Shown here: one piece after another, positions 1 to 9,567 of the stretch | Layout: every line of letters starts with the position of its first letter | How positions within the stretch are numbered: position 1 is the stretch's first letter | Translations under genes and position numbers: made by a program | The notes under the pieces: generated by a model | What the model was told of the DNA's origin: nothing | Database searches by the model: none | Seen by the model: the letters and a program-made list of their open reading frames with translations, nothing else | NCBI RefSeq assembly: GCF_011045215.1 | Contig: NZ_CP049201.1 | Strand: one strand, 5' to 3' | Length of the DNA: 64,000 nt | DNA from: Escherichia coli | Lineage (GTDB): Bacteria; Pseudomonadota; Gammaproteobacteria; Enterobacterales; Enterobacteriaceae

Positions 1-1
1 T

Positions 2-478
2 TACAATTTACTCCTGTTGATTGATGTCGGTGAATCTGGTCAACACAAACAATCTTTTGCCACCATAGCCACACAAGTTTTTGAAAAAGGCTATGATTTC
101 AGGCACGGTATTGCACTGGCTATTCCTGTGCTCATTACTGAATTATTAACCCGGTTAATGTGGACATGTAAACAATGGTTATATCATAAAAAGCCCTTGA
201 CTGAGTGTGTACCTGTAGAAAATGATCCGGAGTTAAGAAGAATGTTACTGATTGCTCATGGAACGCTCTGTATGATTGATGCTGGTGATGCAGCATTTAG
301 ATCCGGTGGTAATTTGATGACGTTTCTGCTGAGAACTAATATGGTCGGCTGGGTTCGGTTTGGTATGCTTGCGTTAAAAGAAGTTCATGGGTTATACAAC
401 ACAGGTCATATTGATGTTGATTCGGTTGATAAATATCTGGATACTGAATTAGAAAGATTATCATCTCATCTATACTAA
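2..478 (+). CDS. Hypothetical protein, C-terminal fragment; reading frame is open to the left window edge, so the 5' end is missing
   Basis: ORF track 17..478 begins at a TTG, but the same frame has no stop back to position 2. No recognisable motif. Lies inside the selC island. Confidence 0.4.
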   Translation, partial: YNLLLLIDVGESGQHKQSFATIATQVFEKGYDFRHGIALAIPVLITELLTRLMWTCKQWLYHKKPLTECVPVENDPELRRMLLIAHGTLCMIDAGDAAFRSGGNLMTFLLRTNMVGWVRFGMLALKEVHGLYNTGHIDVDSVDKYLDTELERLSSHLY

Positions 479-703
479 TCCCTCTGACAGGCCATTCTGC
501 TATAAAGACATGGGATGAATGATAATGATTGTCGGCGCTTTTTTCACGAAGGAAAGGGTAGTGACAGCCAGGTTTACAATGTACCGCTGCATATGTGGCG
601 GTTGACTATATCGGCTTCACGGTTTTCAGGATAAAGCATTAATCAGTAGTCCTGTATTAAGTATATCTGCCTCAGGCGAACATACTGTATTTTATAAATT
701 TTT

Positions 704-2308
704 ATGAAAAACAACCTTCTTTTTATATTCCTGTCGCGGATTAATAATGATAAAAGTATTGTGTTATCTGTGATTGTTTTTACGCTTGCTAATATGATTG
801 TATCATCAGGTGCACATCTGATTTATCGGGTATTATTCTTTACCCTGACTCTCCTTATTATCAAGAAGATAAAGTTATTTACGCTGCGTTTGATTCTTGC
901 TTTTCCGTTCACGTTACTGACTGCTGCAGATATCAGTATCAGCCTGTATTCATGGTGTACATTTGGCACAACATTTAATGATGGTTTTGCAATCAGTATC
1001 CTTCAGACAGATCCTGATGAAGTAATAAGAATGTTCAGGATGTATGTTGTTTATGTTATCGCATTTATTATCCTCTTTTTATTGTTCTTCTGTTCAGCAA
1101 TAAATAAAACGTCCTCATTGCCATCGGAAAAGGTCACGGTAATTACATTTTTATTGTTAATTACAGTAACGTTATATTCTTCCTTTCAGTTTGCGTTGAA
1201 GAAACAGTATCAAATAAATGAAGTTGATCCTTACATAGTCGCTTCCCGGTTTGCCACATATACCCCTTTCTTTAATCTGAACTATTTTGCACTGGCCGCA
1301 AAGGAGCATCAGAGATTAATGACGATTGCTGATACCATACCTCACTACGAGCTGATGATTACAGACAATAATATTGATGAATTTGTACTGATCATCGGTG
1401 AATCAGCAAGGACTGATAACATGTCCATTTACGGGTATTCGCGCCCAACCACACCAGAACTTCAGAAACAGAAATCACGGCTGAAACTGTTCACTCAGGC
1501 AATCAGTGGCGCACCTTACACTGCGCTGGCTGTTCCTCTGGCGTTGTCTGCCGATAGTGTACTGCATCATGATATCCGTAATTACCCTGATAACATTATC
1601 AACATGGCGAATCAGGCAGGGTTCGATACCTGGTGGCTCAGTGCGCAGTCCGCTTTCCGGCAGAACGGAACGGCTGTGGCCAGTATCGCCATACGGGCCA
1701 GAAACAGAATTTATGTCAGAGGCTATGATGAGTTACTGCTCCCACATCTGGCTGAAGCACTGAACAGTAATCCGGGAAGAAGGAAACTGATTGTTCTGCA
1801 TCTGACGGGCAGCCATGAACCAGTCTGCAGTAACTGGCCCAGAGATAAAGCCGTGTTTAAACCACTGGATACAGAAGAAGTCTGCTACGATAATTCCATT
1901 CATTATACCGACAGTTTGTTGGGGCGGGTTTTCGCCATGCTGGAAACGCGTCAGGCATCAGTCATGTATTTTTCAGATCACGGTCTGGAGTATGACCCGA
2001 CAAAAGAACATGCCTATCTTCATGGCGGAATAAAACCCAGCCAGCAGGCTTATCATGTTCCGATGTTTATCTGGTACAGCCCGGCTCTGGGAGAGCATGT
2101 CGATCGCCAGACGGTGAACAGCGTTTTTTCTACTGCGTATAATGATTATCTGATTAATGTATGGATGGGCGTAACCAGACCAGCTCAACCGAAAACGCCG
2201 GAGGAGGTGATCACCCGCTGGCAGGGGAAATCAAATGTTATTGATGCAAACCATAACGTGTTTGACTACAACGTATTACGAAAGAACTTTAATGAACCCC
2301 TGGAATAA
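704..2308 (+). CDS. Phosphoethanolamine transferase family protein (N-terminal multi-pass membrane region plus sulfatase-like catalytic domain; EptA/EptB/OpgE-like)
   Basis: 534 aa. Hydrophobic N-terminal third (e.g. LIIKKIKLFTLRLILAFPFTLL, VVYVIAFIILFLLFF). Periplasmic domain has the LIIGESARTDNMSIYGY motif typical of PEtN transferases, a candidate Thr nucleophile region (ISGAPYTALAVP) and a C-terminal HxxG-type region. Visibly AT-rich compared with the flanking core genes. Confidence 0.7.
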   Translation: MKNNLLFIFLSRINNDKSIVLSVIVFTLANMIVSSGAHLIYRVLFFTLTLLIIKKIKLFTLRLILAFPFTLLTAADISISLYSWCTFGTTFNDGFAISILQTDPDEVIRMFRMYVVYVIAFIILFLLFFCSAINKTSSLPSEKVTVITFLLLITVTLYSSFQFALKKQYQINEVDPYIVASRFATYTPFFNLNYFALAAKEHQRLMTIADTIPHYELMITDNNIDEFVLIIGESARTDNMSIYGYSRPTTPELQKQKSRLKLFTQAISGAPYTALAVPLALSADSVLHHDIRNYPDNIINMANQAGFDTWWLSAQSAFRQNGTAVASIAIRARNRIYVRGYDELLLPHLAEALNSNPGRRKLIVLHLTGSHEPVCSNWPRDKAVFKPLDTEEVCYDNSIHYTDSLLGRVFAMLETRQASVMYFSDHGLEYDPTKEHAYLHGGIKPSQQAYHVPMFIWYSPALGEHVDRQTVNSVFSTAYNDYLINVWMGVTRPAQPKTPEEVITRWQGKSNVIDANHNVFDYNVLRKNFNEPLE

Positions 2309-2364
2309 TTCGTTAAAGTAATTTACGACTCTATTCTTTTTTAAAGGAAACTTTCAGAAAATAA

Positions 2365-2385
2365 CCCCAGGGCGATAACCTGGGG
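2365..2385. terminator. Hairpin between the convergent PEtN-transferase and TPR-like genes; possible bidirectional terminator
   Basis: ccccagggcgataacctgggg: a 6-bp GC stem (cccagg/cctggg) flanked by A/T-rich sequence. Confidence 0.35.
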
Positions 2386-2454
2386 AAGGGGGTTTAGTGT
2401 GTTATTACTGGTGGATAAATTATTACTTGTTTGAAAAATACACTAATGCAATAT

Positions 2455-3498
2455 CTACTGATGCTGGATGCTTGAGTGTTTCATTCCTGCCGCTGAAAAC
2501 GGCAATATCCAGGGCCAGACATATTCACCGTTAATATTTCTGCATTTCTGTACAATTTCCTCAGAAAGTGTCTCATCAATTCTTTCCCACAACAACTTCT
2601 GCTGTCTTAAAATGCTTTCGCATATTTCGAAATCATCTTCCTGCATCAGCATTTCGGCGCATTTAATGATTTCTGCCCGTTCATGCAGCACAGAGGAATG
2701 GTTATAGAGCCAGTTTACAAACAGCAATGCTTCCGGATATTGTCCCCATAATGGTGAGTATGTTGCATAATAATCTTCGGCAGTATCCGGCCCGGCAGAA
2801 TAGTTATGCCATACAGCAAGAGGAAATGGATGCAGATTTCCGCACAGTATTTCTGCGATGTAAGTATTTGCCGTAAAGCCACGACGAAATGCAGTTGCAG
2901 CTTTTTCCAGTTCCCCATTAAGAAAATGCAGAAGGCCGAGTTCATACCAGTAAGGTGAAAATTCATCAGCGTACTCATTCAGTACACGGAAAGCTCGCTC
3001 ATGATCACCTGTTCGTAACAGTTCTGAACCCAACAACCAGCGGGTACCCTGATTATCTTCAGGATTGTATGCCAGTATTTTCTCAATGAGCATGATGGCA
3101 TCCTGATGACGTTGTAAATGTACATTTGCCAGGATTGCTGCATAAAGCGCGCGCAGATAAGGCCGGTTTTCGGGATGCATCCAGATGATTTCACCACTGA
3201 AACTTTCCGGGATGAGACGATTACCTGCCGCCAGTCCTTTAAGAGCGGCGTTCAGTGCCTTACGCGGGGCATTCTGCTCCAGAAATGCATATGCCAGATG
3301 AGCGTGTATATCAATAAAGTCAGGCTCCTGTTGAGCAAGGCGTCTGAGTTTGTTGATGTAACTCGCCTCACTGATTTCACCAGTATCGTATGTATCAAGC
3401 AGTTTTTCAAACTCCCCCGGTAATGGGCAAAACCAGGTATCCGGAAATACGAAACGCCCTTGGTTATCGTTTACTTTAAAGCGTAATTTGTCGTTCAT
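2455..3498 (-). CDS. Hypothetical protein with TPR-like helical repeats, function unknown
   Basis: 347-aa ORF with a clean start and an AT-rich upstream region. Ala/Leu-rich helical repeat character (e.g. ALKGLAAGNRL, YAAILANVHLQRHQDAIMLIEKILAYNPEDNQG, ELGLLHFLNGELEKAATAFRRG). No catalytic motif recognised. Confidence 0.55.
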   Translation of the reverse strand: MNDKLRFKVNDNQGRFVFPDTWFCPLPGEFEKLLDTYDTGEISEASYINKLRRLAQQEPDFIDIHAHLAYAFLEQNAPRKALNAALKGLAAGNRLIPESFSGEIIWMHPENRPYLRALYAAILANVHLQRHQDAIMLIEKILAYNPEDNQGTRWLLGSELLRTGDHERAFRVLNEYADEFSPYWYELGLLHFLNGELEKAATAFRRGFTANTYIAEILCGNLHPFPLAVWHNYSAGPDTAEDYYATYSPLWGQYPEALLFVNWLYNHSSVLHERAEIIKCAEMLMQEDDFEICESILRQQKLLWERIDETLSEEIVQKCRNINGEYVWPWILPFSAAGMKHSSIQHQ

Positions 3499-3850
3499 TT
3501 TCTGAGCCTGTAAAACGGATTGGACACAATCTGAAAAGCATAAAAGTCGTGATGTTGTGTATCAAGTCTTGTTTTTGTCCGGGATGAATGTTGTTTACAA
3601 TATCATCGACAGTGTTTTTATATGAGAATGAAAATTTATCTTTATCTGCATTCCAATGTATTGTGAATTGTCAGCTGAAACAGCATATTAATCGATTTTT
3701 TGATAATGGTGCTGAAATAACGACAGGATGATGATTGAAACTACTGGTATCAAAATTGTTAGCGGTCCATAATGGTGTGATGTTTTGAGATTGTTTATAG
3801 ATGCAATATTAAATATTTTGTCAAAAAACAAAAAATACCTAAAAATAAAG

Positions 3851-3888
3851 CATAAAAACAAAATTCCTCCGGACCAGGAGGCCGGAGG
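3851..3888 (-). terminator. Rho-independent terminator downstream of the integrase gene
   Basis: Stem cctccgg...ccggagg (3866-3888) followed on the minus strand by a T-rich run. Confidence 0.4.
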
Positions 3889-3928
3889 AGAATTTGTGGA
3901 TTGAGAGAAAATATCAGGACAAGTGCTC

Positions 3929-5119
3929 TTAACCCTGACTCTCTTGCTTAGAAAGCGAATCAATATAATCTGCGTACCACTGCATCATTTCACGGCGACC
4001 ATCGAGATACTGGGCATGATTATAGGTACCCCTGATGGCGTTTTTATCCACATGAGCTAACTGCATTTCAATCCAGGCGGAATTAAAGCCCTGTTCGTGC
4101 AGAATGGTACTCATGGTGTGTCTGAAACCGTGCCCTGTGAGTCTTCCCTTATATCCCAGTAATTCAATGACTTGGTTAATGCTTTCCTTACTAATTGGCT
4201 TGCGAGGATCGTTCCTACCGATAAAGACCAGAGGATGATGTTTTGTGATGGGTTCAAGTTGCTTAAATAGGGCAATGACCTGCTCAGAGAGCGGCACAAT
4301 ATGAGGTCGCTTCATCTTCATTACTTTTGCCGGAATCTCCCATAATTTTGTCTCAAAATCGATATCCTCCCAGCGTGCGAAACGTAATTCTTGTGTTCGT
4401 ACACCAGTTAACATAATGATCTGAGTAGCTGTCTTAGTGATGATACTTCCGGTATAACCCGCCAGATCGTTGAGGAAGTGGGGAAGTTCATTAGCAGTAA
4501 GAAAGGGAAAATGTACTTTTTTCGGTGTAGCTAAAGCACAGGCAAGATCGGGAGCAGGGTTGTAGTCTGCCCGACCAGTAACAATTGCATAGCGGAACAC
4601 TTCACCACAGCGCTGGCGGACTTTGCGCATTTTCTCCAGAGCTCCACGTTTTTCCATTTTACGCAGTGCTTCCAGTAACTCCATTGGTTTGATTTCGGCG
4701 ATAGGGCGTTTGCCAATGTAGGGAAAAATGTCTTTTTCAAAGGTATCAATGATTTCATCACGATAGCGTAATGACCACCGATCGGCTTTTGACTGATGCC
4801 ATTCGCGAGCAATGGCCTCGAACGTATTTTTCAAACTCATTTGTTGCGCGATTTTTTCTTCTTTTTTTGCCACCCCTGGATCGCCTCCAGCAGCGAGGAT
4901 TTTTCTGGCTTCGCTGCGTTTTTCACGAGCGTCGGCTAGCGTTACATCGGGGTATACGCCAATAGAAAGCATCTTTTCTTTACCAGCAAAGCGGTACTTC
5001 ATACGCCAGTATTTAGAACCATTAGTGTTAATCAGTAGATACATACCGCCGCCATCAGCAAGTTTATAGGGCTTTTCTTTTGGTTTTGCGGTTTTCACTT
5101 TAATATCGGTTAATGCCAT
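3929..5119 (-). CDS. int: P4-family tyrosine integrase (site-specific recombinase)
   Basis: 396 aa. C-terminal catalytic region with the conserved R...HxxR...Y residues (LTGHGFRHTMSTIL, IRGTYNHAQY). Same orientation as, and directly downstream of, the tRNA 3' end, the canonical layout for tRNA-targeting islands. Confidence 0.9.
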   Translation of the reverse strand: MALTDIKVKTAKPKEKPYKLADGGGMYLLINTNGSKYWRMKYRFAGKEKMLSIGVYPDVTLADAREKRSEARKILAAGGDPGVAKKEEKIAQQMSLKNTFEAIAREWHQSKADRWSLRYRDEIIDTFEKDIFPYIGKRPIAEIKPMELLEALRKMEKRGALEKMRKVRQRCGEVFRYAIVTGRADYNPAPDLACALATPKKVHFPFLTANELPHFLNDLAGYTGSIITKTATQIIMLTGVRTQELRFARWEDIDFETKLWEIPAKVMKMKRPHIVPLSEQVIALFKQLEPITKHHPLVFIGRNDPRKPISKESINQVIELLGYKGRLTGHGFRHTMSTILHEQGFNSAWIEMQLAHVDKNAIRGTYNHAQYLDGRREMMQWYADYIDSLSKQESQG

Positions 5120-5417
5120 GACATCCTCCGGCTTTTAATGAATTCATGTTCCTGAGGGGGACTTCTGCCAGTAATTAACCTGATACCCCCAATGCACCCC
5201 TTGTATAACAAAGATGTTGTTGAAAGCCGTTGTTATATATCATATTTTACCAATTATGGGGGTGCTGATATTTCAATAGGAAATAATACCCCCTAAAGTA
5301 CCCCCAAAAGCAACTTGATACGGGGTGAAGTCGGTTGACTTCTGGATACAAAGGAATCCTGATATACAAGGGATTAGAAGGGGTGGTTGACATCGGGGGA
5401 GTTCAGAAGATGTTAAT

Positions 5418-5512
5418 TGGCGGAAGATCACAGGAGTCGAACCTGCCCGGGACCGCTGGCGGCCCCAACTGGATTTGAAGTCCAGCCGCCTCACCGGAGA
5501 CGACGATCTTCC
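5418..5512 (-). tRNA. selC: tRNA-Sec (selenocysteine tRNA)
   Basis: 95-nt reverse-complement match to the E. coli selC sequence (GGAAGATCGTCGTCTCCGGTGAGGCGGCTGGACTTCAAATCCAGTTGGGGCCGCCAGCGGTCCCGGGCAGGTTCGACTCCTGTGATCTTCCGCCA) as I remember it; the 3' CCA is at 5418-5420. Confidence 0.95.
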
Positions 5513-5804
5513 GCGCCTCGATTGCTACATGGAGGCGGGGCGCATTATAGCTACTTCCTTGAGTTTCTACATCCCCCAGATCAGTTTTTTCCGCCTAATA
5601 CACGCAGCGTATTATCACGAAAGCATTATAGTTCATATAAAACCCATATTTTACAATGATATATGAGCGGAATTAACGCTACCACGATCACATAAAACAA
5701 GAATCATAAATTAATAACCAGATATCGGAATATTCGCTCTCACAGGGATGGTTTACAAAATGCGTTATCGGTCTCAGCACCCCTATAGCATCAAGGAAAA
5801 GCAG

Positions 5805-7187
5805 ATGAAGAGTGAAGTGTTGTCCGTTAAAGAGAAAATTGGTTATGGCATGGGAGACGCCGCCAGCCACATTATTTTCGATAACGTAATGTTATATATG
5901 ATGTTCTTTTATACCGATATTTTTGGCATTCCTGCCGGATTTGTCGGAACCATGTTTTTGGTCGCTCGTGCACTGGATGCGATTTCCGATCCTTGCATGG
6001 GGTTGTTGGCCGATCGAACGCGCTCTCGCTGGGGTAAATTTCGTCCGTGGGTACTGTTTGGCGCACTGCCATTCGGGATCGTCTGTGTACTGGCCTATAG
6101 CACGCCAGATCTCAGTATGAACGGCAAAATGATCTATGCAGCAATTACTTACACCCTACTTACCTTACTTTATACCGTCGTCAATATCCCTTACTGCGCA
6201 TTGGGTGGTGTAATCACCAATGAACCGACTCAGCGTATCTCGCTGCAATCCTGGCGTTTTGTGCTGGCGACCGCGGGAGGCATGCTCTCTACTGTTCTGA
6301 TGATGCCACTGGTTAATTTAATTGGTGGTGATAATAAACCACTCGGTTTCCAGGGCGGTATCGCGGTCCTTTCCGTGGTGGCATTCATGATGCTGGCATT
6401 CTGTTTTTTCACCACTAAAGAACGCGTTGAAGCACCACCTACAACGACGTCTATGCGGGAAGATTTACGTGATATCTGGCAAAACGACCAGTGGCGGATT
6501 GTCGGTTTACTAACCATTTTCAATATCCTGGCGGTGTGCGTACGCGGTGGAGCGATGATGTATTACGTCACATGGATTTTGGGTACGCCGGAAGTGTTTG
6601 TCGCTTTTCTCACCACTTATTGCGTGGGTAACCTGATTGGTTCCGCACTGGCAAAACCGCTGACCGACTGGAAATGTAAAGTCACTATCTTCTGGTGGAC
6701 GAACGCCCTGCTGGCAGTGATTAGCCTCGCGATGTTCTTTGTTCCCATGCAGGCCAGCATCACTATGTTTGTCTTCATCTTCGTGATTGGTGTGTTGCAT
6801 CAACTGGTGACACCTATCCAGTGGGTAATGATGTCCGATACCGTCGACTACGGCGAGTGGTGCAATGGTAAACGCCTGACCGGGATCAGTTTTGCTGGCA
6901 CGCTGTTTGTGCTCAAACTGGGGTTGGCCTTCGGCGGCGCTCTTATCGGCTGGATGCTGGCTTATGGCGGATATGATGCGGCAGAAAAAGCGCAGAACAG
7001 CGCCACGATTAGCATCATTATTGCGCTATTCACGATTGTTCCGGCGATCTGTTATTTGCTGAGCGCGATTATCGCTAAACGCTACTACTCACTCACGACG
7101 CACAATCTGAAAACCGTTATGGAACAGCTGGCTCAGGGTAAACGCCGTTGCCAGCAACAATTCACCTCTCAAGAAGTGCAGAACTAA
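5805..7187 (+). CDS. yicJ: GPH-family sugar:cation symporter (putative xyloside transporter)
   Basis: 460 aa from MKSEVLSVKEKIGYGMGD; 12-TM MFS/GPH profile; directly upstream of yicI. Confidence 0.85.
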   Translation: MKSEVLSVKEKIGYGMGDAASHIIFDNVMLYMMFFYTDIFGIPAGFVGTMFLVARALDAISDPCMGLLADRTRSRWGKFRPWVLFGALPFGIVCVLAYSTPDLSMNGKMIYAAITYTLLTLLYTVVNIPYCALGGVITNEPTQRISLQSWRFVLATAGGMLSTVLMMPLVNLIGGDNKPLGFQGGIAVLSVVAFMMLAFCFFTTKERVEAPPTTTSMREDLRDIWQNDQWRIVGLLTIFNILAVCVRGGAMMYYVTWILGTPEVFVAFLTTYCVGNLIGSALAKPLTDWKCKVTIFWWTNALLAVISLAMFFVPMQASITMFVFIFVIGVLHQLVTPIQWVMMSDTVDYGEWCNGKRLTGISFAGTLFVLKLGLAFGGALIGWMLAYGGYDAAEKAQNSATISIIIALFTIVPAICYLLSAIIAKRYYSLTTHNLKTVMEQLAQGKRRCQQQFTSQEVQN

Positions 7188-7196
7188 GGAACGGCA

Positions 7197-9515
7197 ATGA
7201 AAATTAGCGATGGAAACTGGTTGATTCAACCTGGCCTCAATTTGATTCACCCGCTTCAGGTGTTCGAGGTTGAACAGCAGGGTAATGAAATGGTGGTCTA
7301 TGCTGCCCCCCGTGATGTGCGTGAACGTACCTGGCAGCTTGACACGCCTTTATTTACGCTGCGCTTTTTCTCCCCACAGGAAGGTATTGTCGGTGTGCGG
7401 ATTGAGCATTTTCAGGGGGCGCTGAATAACGGTCCTCATTATCCGCTCAATATTTTGCAGGACGTGAAGGTCACAATCGAAAACACAGAACGTTATGCTG
7501 AGTTTAAAAGTGGCAACTTAAGCGCGCGTGTCAGCAAAGGTGAGTTCTGGTCACTGGATTTTCTGCGCAACGGCGAACGTATTACCGGTAGTCAGGTGAA
7601 AAATAATGGCTACGTGCAGGACACGAATAATCAACGAAATTATATGTTTGAGCGGCTTGATCTTGGCGTTGGCGAAACAGTTTATGGTCTGGGAGAGCGC
7701 TTTACTGCCCTGGTGCGCAATGGTCAGACGGTAGAAACCTGGAACCGGGACGGCGGCACAAGTACTGAACAGGCGTATAAAAATATCCCGTTCTACATGA
7801 CTAACCGTGGTTATGGGGTACTGGTCAATCATCCCCAATGCGTCTCTTTTGAAGTGGGATCGGAGAAAGTCTCCAAAGTGCAGTTCAGCGTTGAGAGTGA
7901 ATATCTCGAATACTTTGTTATCGACGGCCCGACGCCGAAAGCGGTACTTGATCGTTATACCCGCTTTACTGGTCGTCCGGCGCTGCCGCCCGCGTGGTCC
8001 TTCGGTCTGTGGCTAACCACTTCATTTACCACCAACTACGACGAAGCGACGGTAAATAGCTTTATTGATGGTATGGCGGAACGCAATCTGCCGCTGCATG
8101 TTTTCCACTTTGACTGTTTCTGGATGAAAGCCTTCCAGTGGTGCGATTTTGAGTGGGACCCGCTGACTTTCCCGGACCCGGAAGGGATGATCCGCCGCCT
8201 GAAAGCGAAAGGGCTGAAAATCTGCGTCTGGATTAACCCCTATATTGGGCAAAAATCCCCCGTCTTTAAAGAGTTACAAGAGAAAGGTTATTTACTCAAA
8301 CGCCCGGACGGTTCGCTGTGGCAGTGGGATAAATGGCAGCCAGGTCTGGCGATTTATGACTTTACCAATCCGGATGCCTGCAAATGGTACGCCGACAAAC
8401 TGAAAGGTCTGGTCGCGATGGGCGTTGATTGCTTTAAGACCGACTTTGGCGAACGTATCCCAACCGATGTTCAGTGGTTTGACGGTTCCGATCCGCAGAA
8501 AATGCATAACCATTATGCGTACATCTACAACGAACTGGTGTGGAACGTGCTCAAGGACACCGTTGGTGAGGAAGAAGCTGTCTTGTTTGCCCGCTCGGCC
8601 TCCGTCGGTGCGCAGAAATTCCCGGTACACTGGGGTGGCGACTGTTACGCTAACTACGAATCAATGGCGGAAAGCCTGCGCGGTGGTTTGTCTATTGGCC
8701 TTTCAGGTTTTGGCTTCTGGAGCCACGATATCGGCGGCTTTGAGAATACCGCGCCGGCGCACGTTTACAAACGCTGGTGCGCGTTTGGTTTGCTCTCCAG
8801 CCATAGTCGTTTACATGGCAGCAAATCTTATCGTGTGCCGTGGGCCTACGATGATGAGTCCTGTGATGTGGTGCGCTTCTTCACGCAACTGAAATGCCGC
8901 ATGATGCCGTATCTGTATCGTGAAGCTGCGCGTGCGAACGCGCGGGGTACGCCGATGATGCGGGCCATGATGATGGAGTTCCCGGACGATCCGGCTTGTG
9001 ATTACCTTGACCGTCAATACATGCTAGGCGACAACGTGATGGTTGCTCCGGTGTTCACTGAGGAGGGCGAGGTGCAGTTCTACTTGCCGGAAGGTCGCTG
9101 GACACACCTGTGGCACAACGATGAGCTCGACGGTAGTCGCTGGCATAAACAGCAGCACGGCTTCCTGAGTCTGCCCGTTTATGTGCGTGATAACACCCTA
9201 CTGGCGCTGGGCAACAACGATCAACGTCCCGATTACGCGTGGCACGAAGGTACGGCATTCCAGCTCTTTAAACTGCAAGACGGGCATGAAGCCGTCTGTG
9301 AAGTGCCCGCTGCTGACGGTTCGGTGATCTTTACTTTAAAAGCAGCACGTACTGGCAACACGATTACTGTGACTGGTGCGGGCGAGGCGAAGAACTGGAC
9401 GCTGTGCTTGCGCAATGTTGTGAAAGTAAATGGTCTGCAAGGCGGTTCGCAGGCTGAAAGTGAGCAGGGACTGGTGGTGACTCCTCAAGGGAATGCGCTG
9501 ACAATTACGGTGTAA
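7197..9515 (+). CDS. yicI: Alpha-xylosidase, glycoside hydrolase family 31
   Basis: 772 aa with GH31 signature regions ([18 protein letters not shown]); length and synteny match YicI. Confidence 0.9.
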   Translation: MKISDGNWLIQPGLNLIHPLQVFEVEQQGNEMVVYAAPRDVRERTWQLDTPLFTLRFFSPQEGIVGVRIEHFQGALNNGPHYPLNILQDVKVTIENTERYAEFKSGNLSARVSKGEFWSLDFLRNGERITGSQVKNNGYVQDTNNQRNYMFERLDLGVGETVYGLGERFTALVRNGQTVETWNRDGGTSTEQAYKNIPFYMTNRGYGVLVNHPQCVSFEVGSEKVSKVQFSVESEYLEYFVIDGPTPKAVLDRYTRFTGRPALPPAWSFGLWLTTSFTTNYDEATVNSFIDGMAERNLPLHVFHFDCFWMKAFQWCDFEWDPLTFPDPEGMIRRLKAKGLKICVWINPYIGQKSPVFKELQEKGYLLKRPDGSLWQWDKWQPGLAIYDFTNPDACKWYADKLKGLVAMGVDCFKTDFGERIPTDVQWFDGSDPQKMHNHYAYIYNELVWNVLKDTVGEEEAVLFARSASVGAQKFPVHWGGDCYANYESMAESLRGGLSIGLSGFGFWSHDIGGFENTAPAHVYKRWCAFGLLSSHSRLHGSKSYRVPWAYDDESCDVVRFFTQLKCRMMPYLYREAARANARGTPMMRAMMMEFPDDPACDYLDRQYMLGDNVMVAPVFTEEGEVQFYLPEGRWTHLWHNDELDGSRWHKQQHGFLSLPVYVRDNTLLALGNNDQRPDYAWHEGTAFQLFKLQDGHEAVCEVPAADGSVIFTLKAARTGNTITVTGAGEAKNWTLCLRNVVKVNGLQGGSQAESEQGLVVTPQGNALTITV

Positions 9516-9567
9516 TCTATTGATGGAATGCCGGGTACGTCTGAGTCGTACCCGGCGAGATTGATGT

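Larger units (their letters stand above)
1..5417. mobile_element. selC-integrated genomic island, right-hand (integrase-proximal) end only; the left boundary is outside the window
   Basis: P4-type integrase immediately downstream of the 3' end of tRNA-Sec, followed by genes that do not belong to the K-12 backbone (which resumes at yicJ). selC is a classic island insertion site. Confidence 0.7.

Noticed and set aside
704-2308. Possibility that the PEtN transferase is an mcr-type mobile colistin-resistance gene
   Set aside because: The N-terminal sequence does not match MCR-1 as I remember it, and family membership alone does not establish lipid A specificity; kept only as a family-level call with a testable hypothesis.
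3688-3963. 91-aa minus-strand ORF
   Set aside because: Overlaps the integrase 3' end and runs through the AT-rich terminator/promoter region between int and the TPR-like gene; hydrophobic low-complexity translation typical of AT-rich non-coding DNA.
1-5417. Possibility that the selC island is the LEE or SHI-2
   Set aside because: No type III secretion, intimin or aerobactin genes in the visible 5.4 kb; the island's remaining content is outside the window, so identity cannot be asserted.
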